Shown one piece after another: positions 8,939 through 18,940 of a DNA stretch of 64,000 nucleotides. The stretch's first letter is position 1, and every line of letters begins with the position of its first letter. The notes under the pieces are model-generated. The model made no database searches, had not been told where the DNA came from, and worked only from the letters and a program-made list of their open reading frames with translations. A program made the position numbers and the translations under genes. This stretch comes from Eubacteriales bacterium (GTDB lineage: Bacteria; Bacillota; Clostridia; Oscillospirales; CAG-272), in assembly GCA_045538195.1 (NCBI GenBank), contig JAZSRA010000107.1, positions 5,904-69,903 on the forward strand. Direction: 5' to 3'.

Positions 8939-10498
8939 TTATTCTTCATTTCCTCTCAAGGACGGGTTGAACGCGTCGCGCAATCCGTTACCGAACAGGT
9001 TGAAGCAAAGCATCAACAAGCTGATAAAGATCGCGGGGAACAAAATGATGTGAGGATGTGTGAACAATTTACCCTGTCCCATGGAAAGCAGAGTACCTAC
9101 ACTGGTCATTGTATCACCGTTAAGGTTGATGATACCCAGATAGCTGAGGCTCGTCTCGGAGAAGATAACTCCGGGAATTACAAGAACACTGCTGGTAATG
9201 AGCGTTCCGATAGCGTTGGGGAAAATATGCTTGAACATAATTCTGGAGTCCTTAGCTCCGAGAGTTCTTGCAACCAAAACGTATTCCTGGTTCTTAAAGC
9301 GGTAGAACTGCATTCTCGTTCTTGCTGCCATTCCCGTCCAACCGGTAAGGAAGAAGGAGATAAACAGAATAACGAGGTCGGATACGTCAAGATTATATCT
9401 GAGAAGCGATATAACTATCATAAAGGGGATCGAGGAAAGAAGGTCAACGATTCTCTCCATGACAATATCGATCTTGCCGCCGTAGTAGCCCTCGATAGAG
9501 CCGTAAATAGCGCCAACGAAAAGGTTAACGGTCGCAACTATGATCGCAAGAATAAAGGAGAATCTTGCGCCGCTTGCAAGACGGGTAAAGAGATCGCGTC
9601 CTGCATCGTCGGTACCGAAGAGGAAGGAGGGCTCGGTAATGCCATCCTTAAGAACCTCACTGTGGTAGTACGAGTAATACTGCTTGTAGTGTACACGGAC
9701 CTCCCACTGATCACCCTGCATCTTCTTAGCATAGCTGTATATCTTTTCGCCATCCTCAAGGAGCATTTTACTGGTGTAGTGGTCGGTACCGTCCTCTGTT
9801 CTGTAAGCAGGGATAAGATCACCGTTGTCATCATAAATGACCTCGGTCTTATTACCGTCTCCAACCTTTGTCTGATACCAGATGTTAGCGTTATTTGCAT
9901 CCTGACGCGCTTCTGCGTGGTTTGCATAGGGCAGAATTATCTGAACGTCATGCTCGTCCTGATATCTCTGGACAGCCTCATACTGGGCAGTATTGAGAAG
10001 CAGATACTTCGCGCCAACTGCGTTGTAGGTATCAACTCTGAAGGCGAAGAGCTTCTTCATTTTACCTACCTCAAACTTTTCGACCTCGGTAACGTCGGAC
10101 ATGATAACGGAATAGTCGGGATCAGCCTTCTTGAACTCTTCCTCGATAGCAAGATATTCCTTATATGTCTTTTCGTTTACTTCCTTATCCTGACCGCCAT
10201 CCCAGAAGGGGATGCCGAGATCGTATAAGATCTGGTTTTTTGGTACTACCAACGCGTATGCCTCGTCCTTATACGAAACGCTATAGGAGGAGATAACGGG
10301 ACCAACGATGGCAAAAAGCACCAATAAAACGATGATAACTGCCGCCGCGATAGAAGCCTTGTTTCTCGCAAAGCGATAGAGCGCATCCTGGAAATAGGAC
10401 ACGGGCTTCGTATCGAGCTTTTTATCGTGAATATTTCCCTCTGTGGAATGGAAAACGAATTTTTCTTTAGAAATAACGTATTCTGACGCCTTCATCAC
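8939..10498 (-). CDS. oppC: Oligopeptide ABC permease OppC with enlarged extracytoplasmic loop
   Basis: 519 aa. GTDDAGRDLFTRLASGARFS OppC N-motif preceded by a ~230-aa loop after TM1. BPD-transporter core follows. Confidence 0.85.
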   Translation of the reverse strand: MMKASEYVISKEKFVFHSTEGNIHDKKLDTKPVSYFQDALYRFARNKASIAAAVIIVLLVLFAIVGPVISSYSVSYKDEAYALVVPKNQILYDLGIPFWDGGQDKEVNEKTYKEYLAIEEEFKKADPDYSVIMSDVTEVEKFEVGKMKKLFAFRVDTYNAVGAKYLLLNTAQYEAVQRYQDEHDVQIILPYANHAEARQDANNANIWYQTKVGDGNKTEVIYDDNGDLIPAYRTEDGTDHYTSKMLLEDGEKIYSYAKKMQGDQWEVRVHYKQYYSYYHSEVLKDGITEPSFLFGTDDAGRDLFTRLASGARFSFILAIIVATVNLFVGAIYGSIEGYYGGKIDIVMERIVDLLSSIPFMIVISLLRYNLDVSDLVILFISFFLTGWTGMAARTRMQFYRFKNQEYVLVARTLGAKDSRIMFKHIFPNAIGTLITSSVLVIPGVIFSETSLSYLGIINLNGDTMTSVGTLLSMGQGKLFTHPHIILFPAIFISLLMLCFNLFGNGLRDAFNPSLRGNEE

Positions 10499-11517
10499 TT
10501 CGCCCCCATTCTGATTCTAGGATCTATGAAACCGTAGGAAAGGTCGATGACCAAGCCTGCCGCCAGACCTACCAAGAGGTAGAAGCTGGAGAGAAGCATG
10601 AAGAAATCGTAATCCTGCGCGTTGATTGCATTCAAATAAAGTGCTCCGACACCGGGGATCGAGAAGATCCTCTCGATAACCAGAGATCCGGAAAGAACGC
10701 TCAACACCTCACCGATGATGGACGGGAAGATCGGTACCATCGCGTTACGGAGAGCATGTCTTACGGTTGCCTGAGACTTGGTAAGTCCCTTTGTTCTTGC
10801 CAGAAGCATAAATTCGCTGGTAAGAACCTCAGTAAGCTCGGCGCGAGTGAAACGGGTATATCCTGCGATAGATCCGAAGGACATACAAAGCACTGCGGGA
10901 AGCATGGATTTGATCATTGTGGGATTGAAATAAAGATCCCAGTTTGCCGTAAAAGGAATGTACTGGAGAGCATACTGCTTAGCTATTGCGGGCAAGGAGG
11001 CGATCTCCTTCGGCAAAATGCCCAGCTTAAAGCATATAACGTAAAGGAAAAGTGAGCCGTACACAAAGGAAGGTACGGAGATGATAACCATTACCGCCGT
11101 ACTGATAACGTGGTCCTGCCACTTGTTTTTCTTAAGAGCCGCAAAGATACCGAGTGCGATACCTACGGGGACTGCCAACAAAGATGACATAATATTTATC
11201 AAAATTGTAGGAGGAAGTCTCTCAATGAATACGTCAATAACGGGAGTATTCATTTTGATATTGGGCATCTTATCGTATGCTCTACCAAAATCTCCGTCTT
11301 TAACGATTCTCTGGATATACAAAACGAGCTGCTCGGGAATAGGCTTATCGTAGCCTCTATCCTTGATCTGCGCTATCAGTATATCCTTGTCCTGACCGAG
11401 ACCAACGCTCGTATTAATAGGAACGAGTCTGATCAAAACGAAGCATATTACAAAAATAATGGAAAAGATAACGAGCATAAGCCCCACTCTTTTGCATATA
11501 TATTTGAACATATACAT
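10495..11517 (-). CDS. oppB: Oligopeptide ABC permease OppB
   Basis: 340 aa, 6-TM BPD_transp_1-type core (ARTKGLTKSQATVRHALRNA). 4-nt overlap with oppC. Confidence 0.9.
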   Translation of the reverse strand: MYMFKYICKRVGLMLVIFSIIFVICFVLIRLVPINTSVGLGQDKDILIAQIKDRGYDKPIPEQLVLYIQRIVKDGDFGRAYDKMPNIKMNTPVIDVFIERLPPTILINIMSSLLAVPVGIALGIFAALKKNKWQDHVISTAVMVIISVPSFVYGSLFLYVICFKLGILPKEIASLPAIAKQYALQYIPFTANWDLYFNPTMIKSMLPAVLCMSFGSIAGYTRFTRAELTEVLTSEFMLLARTKGLTKSQATVRHALRNAMVPIFPSIIGEVLSVLSGSLVIERIFSIPGVGALYLNAINAQDYDFFMLLSSFYLLVGLAAGLVIDLSYGFIDPRIRMGAK

Positions 11518-11609
11518 GATATTGCAATCTCCTTTCTTTGTTAATTAAACCGACAATGAGGGATAGTTGAAACTATCCCTCAAAGTCGTTAACATTAAGA
11601 CGATAAATA

Positions 11610-14024
11610 TTACTTGTAATCGAACTCGCCGTTTGCTTCAGCAACCTGTTCTGCCCACTCTGCATCGGTGAAGTTGTAGGTCATGTACTTCATTCCACCG
11701 TAAGCCATGAAGGTGTTGTAGGTGTAGGTTATGTAGTCAACCTTGTAAGAGAGCAAGGATGCGCTGAAGTTGTTGTAAAGGGGTACTGTGTAGTAAACCT
11801 TAAGAACTTCCTTCTCAAGCGCTGCGATAAGGGGAAGTCTGTCTTCCTGATCAAGAGCAACGTCACTCCAGTCGTGTTCGCCGGTACCGTTAAGGCAGTT
11901 GTACCAGTCCATAAGAGACATGGTGTACTCCTCACCCATCATGGTGAAGGTCATCTCCTGGGAGCTGGTGTCCCAAGCTGCGGAGTACATGTAAGCAGGG
12001 CTGAGGTAAGCGAGGAGGAAGTAGCCGGGATCCCAGGCTGCTCCGGTCCAACCGCCCATACATACGTCGTACTTACCTGCGCGGAAGTCTTCAGCCCAAG
12101 CAGAACCGAAGTCCTTAACCTCAGTCTCAAGTCTGCCCTCAAGGGGAGTACCCTTAACGAGCTCCTTCCAAGCCTCGGTGATGTAGTCGAATCTTCTCTG
12201 TACAGTTTCATTGATAGCGCCGCTACCCATGGTAATAACTACCTTATCGGTTGCGCTGATCTTACCTGCTGCGAGTGCATCGTTGTAAGCCTCGGTAACG
12301 AGTGCTCTTGCTGCATCAATATCGTAACCGGTGATAGCGTCAACAGCCTCGTCAAGAGTTGCGTACTGGGTGTAGTCAACGTTGTAGATCTCGCAAAGAA
12401 CCTTCTTTGCTGCGTCAGACTCTCTGTAAGCCTTACCGTTAGCAACGTCGTAGTAGTGCATAGAGTTGTAAAGACCAAAGCCCTGGAGAGAGGAGGTAGT
12501 GGTCTCAGCTGCAAAATCTGCTCTGTTGATGGAGAGAGAAAGTGCCTTTCTGAATCTTACGTCAGCAAGAATAGTCTTGTTAACGCCTGCGGACTGACGA
12601 GCTGCAAGCTGCTCCTCGCTGGACTGAAGCTGGAGAGAAGCAACGAAGTCATCGGGAGTGAAGTAAGCTCTGTCAGAGCCCTTGTAATCGTCAGCAACGG
12701 ATACGTCGATACCGATACCGTCGATCTCACCTGCAAGGAACTTAACCCATGCAGAGTTCCATTCCTCGATGGTGTCGCAAACGATCTTGTCGGTCTGGTA
12801 GAGGCCTTCGTTCTCAGGGAGAGCGTAGCCGAACCACTGGTCGTTCTTAACGAGAGTGTACTGCTTACCAGCCTGGAAGCTTTCAAGCTTGTAGGGACCC
12901 CAGCTCATGGTGGTCTCTACGCTGGAGTTGTAAGTAGAGGTCCAAAGATCGGAACCGGATGCAGGCTCCTGCTTGTTAGCCTCGTAAGTTGCCTTGTGAA
13001 CGAGGGGGAGAGAAGCCATATTGTATGCTGCCTTGTAGGAAAGGCTGCCGTCTTCCTTAAGGAGGTCAAGAGACTTCTCAAGAACGAGAACGAGCTCGTA
13101 GTCGGAAGCTGCGAAAATACCAACCTTATCGAAGGTCATCTCAGGGTAGGTGTAGGAAGGAATAATCCAGTAGTAGGGAAGGTTCTCAGGTCCCTCAAAT
13201 CCCCAATCCTCAGTGTAGATAAGGGTGGTCCAGAGAGCAACGGTCTCGTCGGTAATAGCAACGTAGCCGTTTTCATCAGCGAGTGCCTGAAGAGCTGCAA
13301 AAGAATCAGCATTCATATAGGGAGAATACTGAGTTACAGTCTTACCGCCGCACCAATCAAGAGGAGTGGTGAGAGCGAAGTAGATAGCACTGCCATCGGG
13401 CTGAGTGTAAACGCCGTCAGCGTTCTTCACGAGGTCAGCGAGAGTGTAGAGACCTGCAACACCGTTGTCGAGGTTCTCAATAGTCTCGTTCTGCTTTGCA
13501 TAGCCCTGAGCGTTAGCGATAATGGTTGCACCAACGTAGAAGGAGTCTGCACGGTAGTTCTTGAATGCGGGATCAAGCTGCTGCTCCATAGTATAAACGA
13601 AGTCTTCAGCCTTGATGGGATCGCCATTCTGCCACTTAAGATCATCACGGAGAGTGATCTTGTACGCGTAGCCCTTGCCGTCAGCGGGGAGACCCCAAGC
13701 CTCAGCGTAAGCTGCGGTAACGTCTTCGAGCTTGGTAGCTGCTTCGTACTTGATCTCGAAGTCGCCGGTAACGATCTCGCCGTTCTCGTCGAACTTGAAG
13801 TCGAAGGTGAAGAAGGAGCTGCCGAGGTAGCTCATGATCTGGGTGTCGTTGTTATCCTGATAGGTCAACTCATTCCAGTTTGTGGGAGAGATTGTTGTAA
13901 ATGTGTTATAAGTATAGTACTCTTCCTCATTCTGGGTTGCAGGAACACAAGCGACGATTGACAGCATCATAAGTGCTGCGAGAAGCGCTGCTAAAACGCC
14001 TCTGAAAATCTTTTTGTTGTTCAT
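11610..14024 (-). CDS. oppA: Family-5 (peptide/oligosaccharide) ABC substrate-binding lipoprotein, oversized (804 aa)
   Basis: Signal peptide with lipobox-like MLSIVAC, SBP_bac_5-like core. First gene of the opp operon. Confidence 0.8.
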   Translation of the reverse strand: MNNKKIFRGVLAALLAALMMLSIVACVPATQNEEEYYTYNTFTTISPTNWNELTYQDNNDTQIMSYLGSSFFTFDFKFDENGEIVTGDFEIKYEAATKLEDVTAAYAEAWGLPADGKGYAYKITLRDDLKWQNGDPIKAEDFVYTMEQQLDPAFKNYRADSFYVGATIIANAQGYAKQNETIENLDNGVAGLYTLADLVKNADGVYTQPDGSAIYFALTTPLDWCGGKTVTQYSPYMNADSFAALQALADENGYVAITDETVALWTTLIYTEDWGFEGPENLPYYWIIPSYTYPEMTFDKVGIFAASDYELVLVLEKSLDLLKEDGSLSYKAAYNMASLPLVHKATYEANKQEPASGSDLWTSTYNSSVETTMSWGPYKLESFQAGKQYTLVKNDQWFGYALPENEGLYQTDKIVCDTIEEWNSAWVKFLAGEIDGIGIDVSVADDYKGSDRAYFTPDDFVASLQLQSSEEQLAARQSAGVNKTILADVRFRKALSLSINRADFAAETTTSSLQGFGLYNSMHYYDVANGKAYRESDAAKKVLCEIYNVDYTQYATLDEAVDAITGYDIDAARALVTEAYNDALAAGKISATDKVVITMGSGAINETVQRRFDYITEAWKELVKGTPLEGRLETEVKDFGSAWAEDFRAGKYDVCMGGWTGAAWDPGYFLLAYLSPAYMYSAAWDTSSQEMTFTMMGEEYTMSLMDWYNCLNGTGEHDWSDVALDQEDRLPLIAALEKEVLKVYYTVPLYNNFSASLLSYKVDYITYTYNTFMAYGGMKYMTYNFTDAEWAEQVAEANGEFDYK

Positions 14025-14098
14025 GATTTTCTTTCCTTTCTTAAAAAAGTTTACTCAAATTTTATCACAACGGCTCTCAAAAATCAATATATAACCAC

Positions 14099-14132
14099 AA
14101 TTGTTAACACTATAATCCATAATTGTTAACAC
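14099..14132. promoter_or_regulatory. Two direct copies of AATTGTTAACAC (palindromic core TGTTAACA), candidate operator upstream of oppA
   Basis: Exact 12-mers at 14099-14110 and 14121-14132, 22 bp centre to centre, 75-110 bp upstream of the oppA start. Confidence 0.3.
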
Positions 14133-14513
14133 ATTGGCAACATTCGAGACGCGTCAAATGTATATTCAGTGTTTTTATGCATTTTTTTGCCATAAAAACG
14201 TTATTTTTTATCGCTTGCGACACAAGCATTTCTGCATTTTTAAACAAAAGATTAAGTTTTTTAATAAAAGAGAATCAAAACGCTTTGTTCATCACTTCAC
14301 CTCTTCCCTACCCGCGAAAACGTCATCATATTGAGAAAAAATCACAGCGAGCGAATCCGTTTAAAGATAAGTATAATAAATAATGATAGAAATCGTCATT
14401 TTCACGCACAATTCCCAGTAAAAATCGCCATTGTTCGTCAAAACCGCGGCATAAAGCGCATCGCGCTTAATATCTGTTTATTCCGGCTACCTAAAAAATG
14501 TTACTGCACTTGA

Positions 14514-14547
14514 TACAAAAAGATAAGGCGGCGCGATGCGCCGCCTT
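14514..14547 (-). terminator. Intrinsic terminator after the purine permease gene
   Basis: AAGGCGGCGC-GAT-GCGCCGCCTT hairpin followed on the minus strand by a U-run. Confidence 0.7.
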
Positions 14548-14579
14548 GGGATATTTAGCCTCAATTCCCTACCGTCTAA

Positions 14580-16058
14580 TCAGAACAGTGTTGCGGGAAC
14601 AAAGAAGTATACGCAGAACAGGATAGAAACGATTATCGCGATAACCGAAACGTTCCATGTGGGCTTATCCTTCTTTGTGATAGCATACTTGATGATCTCA
14701 ACAAGGTATGCAACGATGGACATAAGGGTGTAGGAGATAAGACCGACACCGATACCCTTGGTGATTGAGTAGGAAAGAACCATGATCACGATGGTAAGGA
14801 AAGCAGAGGTCGCGTTGATAGCGTTGCTAAAATTAATATCCTTGATATTGTTCTTCATCATAAGAACACCAACGTAGATAAGAGCAGCCGCCGTTGCAGC
14901 AGAAGGAATGACCGCGAAAACGGGCATTGCAAACATAGCCGCAAAGAACAAACCTGCGGTGGTAAGAGCGGTAAGACCGGTTCTGCCTCCTGCGGATACG
15001 CCCGCACCCGACTCAACGAAGGTAGTAACGGTGGAAGTACCAAGCATAGCACCTGTGCAGGTTGCGACAGAGTCAGCTATCATGATCTTGCCGTAGTTGT
15101 GGGGCTTGTTGTTCTCGTCGGAAAGAATTCTATTACCTCCGCAGCAACCAACGATAGTTCCCATGGTATCGAACATATCGATCATACACATGGTTATAAC
15201 TATCATAATAGCGGAGAAGATCGAAACGCCCGCGGGGAGCAGACCGTCGCCTGTGAATACGTCAACAAAGGAAGCGAACACGGTGTTTTCGCCTGCAAAG
15301 AAGTTCTGGAAGTTTTCCCAGAATTTCCAGGAGATACCGGGAACGTCGCCCGAAAGGACCGAAAGATCGGTAACTCCGAAGGGTATACCAATAATGGTAG
15401 CTCCGAGAATACCGAGAATAACAGATCCTCTGACGTTCATCTTGTCAAGAATAGCAATAAGGAAGAGACCAATCAGGGCAACGATAGCTGCCTTGGAAGC
15501 TTCCCAGCTTGTGAGGTCAACAAGAGCTACCTGAGTGTAGGGGTTACCAACGATGATGCCTGCATTCTGGAAGCCTATGTAAGCGATAAAGAGACCAATA
15601 CCAACAGAGATAGCACCTCTTACCGCAACGGGCATACCGTCGAATACAAGCTCGCGGAAGGTCTTACCCTTGATCTTAATAAGAGAAAGAGCAAGGAAAA
15701 GCAAACCCGAAACGAGGACCAGGAAGAATGCCTGACCGGGTGTGAATGCTGCGGCGTAACCTGCCCAACCGCCGATGATACCGCCGAGCATGGAGTTAAG
15801 ACCCATACCCGAAGCCTGAGCCAGAGGCATCTTAGCGAGGAAAGCCATCAAAAGAGTACCGATGACTGCGCCCAGAGCAGTGGCGATAAATGCGCTCGAC
15901 CAATAAGGGCTTGCAGCGCTGCCAAAGATCTGGTTAGGGTTGACCGTCAGAATGTACGCCATAGCAAGGAACGTAACCACGCCCGCTACAAGCTCAGTTC
16001 TGACACTTGTTTTCTTTGCTACGGGATCAAAGCCCACTAGCTTAGCAAACTTATTCAT
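14580..16058 (-). CDS. NCS2/AzgA-family purine (adenine/guanine/hypoxanthine) permease
   Basis: 492 aa, polytopic. N-terminus ...TSVRTELVAGVVTFLAMAYILTVNP... is typical of PbuG/PbuO-type permeases. Confidence 0.85.
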   Translation of the reverse strand: MNKFAKLVGFDPVAKKTSVRTELVAGVVTFLAMAYILTVNPNQIFGSAASPYWSSAFIATALGAVIGTLLMAFLAKMPLAQASGMGLNSMLGGIIGGWAGYAAAFTPGQAFFLVLVSGLLFLALSLIKIKGKTFRELVFDGMPVAVRGAISVGIGLFIAYIGFQNAGIIVGNPYTQVALVDLTSWEASKAAIVALIGLFLIAILDKMNVRGSVILGILGATIIGIPFGVTDLSVLSGDVPGISWKFWENFQNFFAGENTVFASFVDVFTGDGLLPAGVSIFSAIMIVITMCMIDMFDTMGTIVGCCGGNRILSDENNKPHNYGKIMIADSVATCTGAMLGTSTVTTFVESGAGVSAGGRTGLTALTTAGLFFAAMFAMPVFAVIPSAATAAALIYVGVLMMKNNIKDINFSNAINATSAFLTIVIMVLSYSITKGIGVGLISYTLMSIVAYLVEIIKYAITKKDKPTWNVSVIAIIVSILFCVYFFVPATLF

Positions 16059-16312
16059 AAAAACCTCCTATACGTGCTTTAAGCACAATATTTAATATAA
16101 TAATAATGCATTTTCCAAGAAATTGCAAGATGTTTTTCGAAATTTTCTATAATTTTTTAAAAATTTTCGCAAATTCTCGGCAAAATTCGAGTTTTTTGTC
16201 TTTTCGGACCTTATATAAATAGATTTTTTCTGTCTGTTTAACAAAAAGTTCATCAACGCGTACTGTCTGTATGATATAATGATATAAATACACGAAAAAG
16301 GAAAATGATTTA

Positions 16313-17440
16313 ATGGAACACCACAAAGGCAAACATAAGATAATAATAACCTTCGCAATACTGTTTATATCTTTGTTGCTTCTTTTAGCGTTAGTGTTTT
16401 TCGCGGGCAAAAAGACCTACGTGGTGCGTTTTGATCTCAACGGAGGCACGCTTATCAGCGGTTCTCTTGAACAACACATAACTCAGGGACAGGATGCCGT
16501 TCCGCCTGCCGTAGTAAAGGACGGCGCGTATTTACGAGGATGGAGCGCATCATACCGTCAGATCACCAAGGATATCGTGATCAGAGCGATATGGGAGTAC
16601 GAAACATCTACGGGAATTATATATTCAAGCAGTCAAAACCAGAACTTTGCCGAAATTATAGGTTCCTATGAGCATCTGCGCGGCGAGGTATATCTGGGCG
16701 CATACTACGGCGACAAAAAAATCCTCGGAATATGCGAGAGAGCCTTTGCAGACCGTAAAGGCATAACAAGGTTCTACCTTCTTGACGGACTTATTTCTAT
16801 TGAAAAAGAGGCTTTTTCGGGATGCAGCGCCCTGACGGAGATCGAAATTCCCCGCACAGTAACTCATCTTGGCGAGGGGGCTTTCCGTGGATGTGAAGCT
16901 CTTGAAAGGATCGTACTTAATGAAGGACTTTTGGAAATAGGAGCAGGTGCGTTTGAAGGCTGCGTCGGTCTTAAGGAAATCGTATTACCCGCAAGTCTTG
17001 AGCGAATAGGCGCCGGCGCCTTTAAGGGATGCGACGATCTGGTCATAACCGTCACTCACGCCGAAGGAAAAACCTACGAGAATTGGGCGAAGGGATGGAA
17101 AGGAAGCGCAACGGTAATATGGCCTGAAGAAGTTTTTCTCGAAGATCCCGATTTTAATGAATCGGATTTTGAAGAAAGCAAGTCAGAAGAAACAGAGTCA
17201 GACGGATTGAAAAGACCGGGACACAAGTTGGATATCGACCTTGGTGGAATAAAAATTCCGTTCCCAGGATTACAAATAAACCCCGACCGTATAGAAAAGC
17301 CAAGCCTTGACATAGAGATCGATACCGAAGGCATAAAGAGACCAAGCCTTGATATAGAGATAGACACAAAGCCAAGTATCGATACTGACGCTGAAACCGA
17401 ATCCGACACCCCTGACACAAGTGAAACGGAAGAAGAATAG
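16313..17440 (+). CDS. Membrane-anchored BspA-type leucine-rich-repeat surface protein with acidic repeat tail
   Basis: N-terminal TM, a Listeria-Bacteroides-type repeat (VVRFDLNGGT...GW), then LRR_5 repeats (EAFSGCSALTEIEIP, GAFRGCEALERIVL, GAFEGCVGLKEIVLP). C-terminal PSLDIEIDT repeats. Confidence 0.8.
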   Translation: MEHHKGKHKIIITFAILFISLLLLLALVFFAGKKTYVVRFDLNGGTLISGSLEQHITQGQDAVPPAVVKDGAYLRGWSASYRQITKDIVIRAIWEYETSTGIIYSSSQNQNFAEIIGSYEHLRGEVYLGAYYGDKKILGICERAFADRKGITRFYLLDGLISIEKEAFSGCSALTEIEIPRTVTHLGEGAFRGCEALERIVLNEGLLEIGAGAFEGCVGLKEIVLPASLERIGAGAFKGCDDLVITVTHAEGKTYENWAKGWKGSATVIWPEEVFLEDPDFNESDFEESKSEETESDGLKRPGHKLDIDLGGIKIPFPGLQINPDRIEKPSLDIEIDTEGIKRPSLDIEIDTKPSIDTDAETESDTPDTSETEEE

Positions 17441-17451
17441 GAGGATATAGT

Positions 17452-18234
17452 ATGCACATAATGCACATGCTCGGCATACTGACCTTGGTGTTCTTTGCGG
17501 CACTGTTTCTGATGTGCTTTTTCCGCGAAAAGCTAAAAAATCCTATCGTTAATACTCTGTTCGTATGTGCTTGCGCAGTATTCTTTTTTCTTTGGAATTA
17601 CTCCATGTACGAGCATCGCGGCGGAGATACGAATGGGTTTATGATACTTGAAAACATAAGTCCGTATATCTGCGCGGTTATAATTGCAACTCCATTTTTG
17701 CACAAGAGGATAAGGGATTTTGCTTATTGCGGCATCGCTTTTCTTGGTTTCGGCATGTTCGTTGCTTTGTTTATCAGTCCCGAGGTTGAGTTTCTTTTCA
17801 ATTATCATCAAGACGCAAAATTTATACATGTATGCGAGGCGATATGTCACCTCATAATGTCGCTCTACGGATTTTATCTTATACTTTCCGAAAAGGTGAA
17901 GCTCGAACTCAAAAACTACGGAAAGGCGCTGGCATTTATCTATGCGTCGATAGGCTTTGGAGTTTTCCTCAACTGGTGCTTCCACCTTTCAAACTTCGGC
18001 ATGGATATGTACGGAAATTATTCGATCTACTTCCTCGATATTTTCGGCAGCTTTGAAGCAACCCTGCTCGCATATCTTACAGGAGTTCTCTTTACTATTA
18101 CCGCCGGATTTCTAGTGGGAATCCTCCTTGATTTTCTTAGCACACACAAGAAAAAAGAAGATAAGCCAATGCAGCCCGTCGAGGATCAGGAGAGGCACGT
18201 CGAGGAACAGACAAAACCCGTCTCAAAAGAATAA
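17452..18234 (+). CDS. Polytopic membrane protein, unknown function
   Basis: 260 aa, about 7 hydrophobic segments and a charged C-terminal tail. Family not recognised. Confidence 0.55.
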   Translation: MHIMHMLGILTLVFFAALFLMCFFREKLKNPIVNTLFVCACAVFFFLWNYSMYEHRGGDTNGFMILENISPYICAVIIATPFLHKRIRDFAYCGIAFLGFGMFVALFISPEVEFLFNYHQDAKFIHVCEAICHLIMSLYGFYLILSEKVKLELKNYGKALAFIYASIGFGVFLNWCFHLSNFGMDMYGNYSIYFLDIFGSFEATLLAYLTGVLFTITAGFLVGILLDFLSTHKKKEDKPMQPVEDQERHVEEQTKPVSKE

Positions 18235-18256
18235 CTCGCTTTGCGTTTTTGACGTT

Positions 18257-18545
18257 CTGAACTCAAAAATATCAAAAAGGGGCTGCTTCATTTAGCGCAG
18301 AACAAAAGCCACTTTTAAAAAGCAAGGACAAAATTAGGTTTAAAAATATAGTTTTCAACTTTTATATGTCGAAATCCGCCGATTTCTCGGCGAATTTCGA
18401 TATTTTATGTGGCTTTTTAGTCGCGTTTTGGCTATCTGGCGTACCCCCGTACGCCTACGAGAAACCAAACCACGCCTTCTGGATCTAAATGACTCAGCCC
18501 CTTTTATGTTTTGGAAATCTTCAAATTTTGATTTTTGAGAGTTAA
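18257..18545. repeat. Nested imperfect palindrome with ~40-bp terminal inverted repeats (MITE-like or structured RNA)
   Basis: Left end CTGAACTCAAAAATATCAAAAAGGGGCTGCTTCATTTAG versus right end CTAAATGACTCAGCCCCTTTT...TGATTTTTGAGAGTT. Inner inverted pair AAAAGCCAC/GTGGCTTTT. Central hairpin TCGAAATCCGCCGA-TTTC-TCGGCGAATTTCGA. Confidence 0.4.
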
Positions 18546-18940
18546 ATACTAACGTTTCTTATCAACAGCGATAACGAAAACAGTCATCAATCACAAGCGA
18601 TTGATCGGCGAAAATTGTTTTGTTTTTTACAGTTTTATAAGAATTTTGACTATGTCCACCGGTAAAATGTAATCAAGCATTTCTACTCATTTATCCAATA
18701 CGCTTTTTGAATGATATCGTAAGCGTATTTCTCGTCCTAGGTTTGCGGGGGATGATCGAGATAATATGACATACATCGGTAAAGGGTAAGTTTTACTTGA
18801 TAATATGGCTTCAGGTCTATCATTTTCGCGCTCCTTTCGGGTGGTAGCACATATTATACCGAAAGATTGCGGAAAGTCCAGAGGTTTTGGAAATTTATTT
18901 GTTGAAATAATTATATCATATTTTTAGGAGTTTGTAAAGA

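Noticed and set aside
11874-13961. 695-aa plus-strand ORF. Similar long antisense ORFs lie at 6942-8390, 8870-10228, 46900-48063, 53460-54518, 55690-56649, 56656-57618 and 59704-60897.
   Set aside because: All lie exactly opposite genes with clear family motifs (OppA/OppD/OppC, the SBP, the TasA-like fusions). Their translations are low-complexity (V/L/S/C-rich) with no recognisable motifs or RBS. They are shadow ORFs caused by the codon bias of the true strand.
16059-16312. Possible purine riboswitch upstream of the NCS2 purine permease.
   Set aside because: I read the minus-strand leader for the conserved purine-riboswitch core (UAUA...UUUCUACC...CCGUAAAU...GACUAU). None is present. Only a short GTGCTT-AAA-GCAC hairpin lies next to the RBS.
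18737-18823. 28-aa minus-strand sORF (MIDLKPYYQVKLTLYRCMSYYLDHPPQT) with a GGAG RBS 8 nt upstream.
   Set aside because: The start context is plausible, but the peptide has no recognisable features or neighbours and cannot be supported without conservation or expression data.
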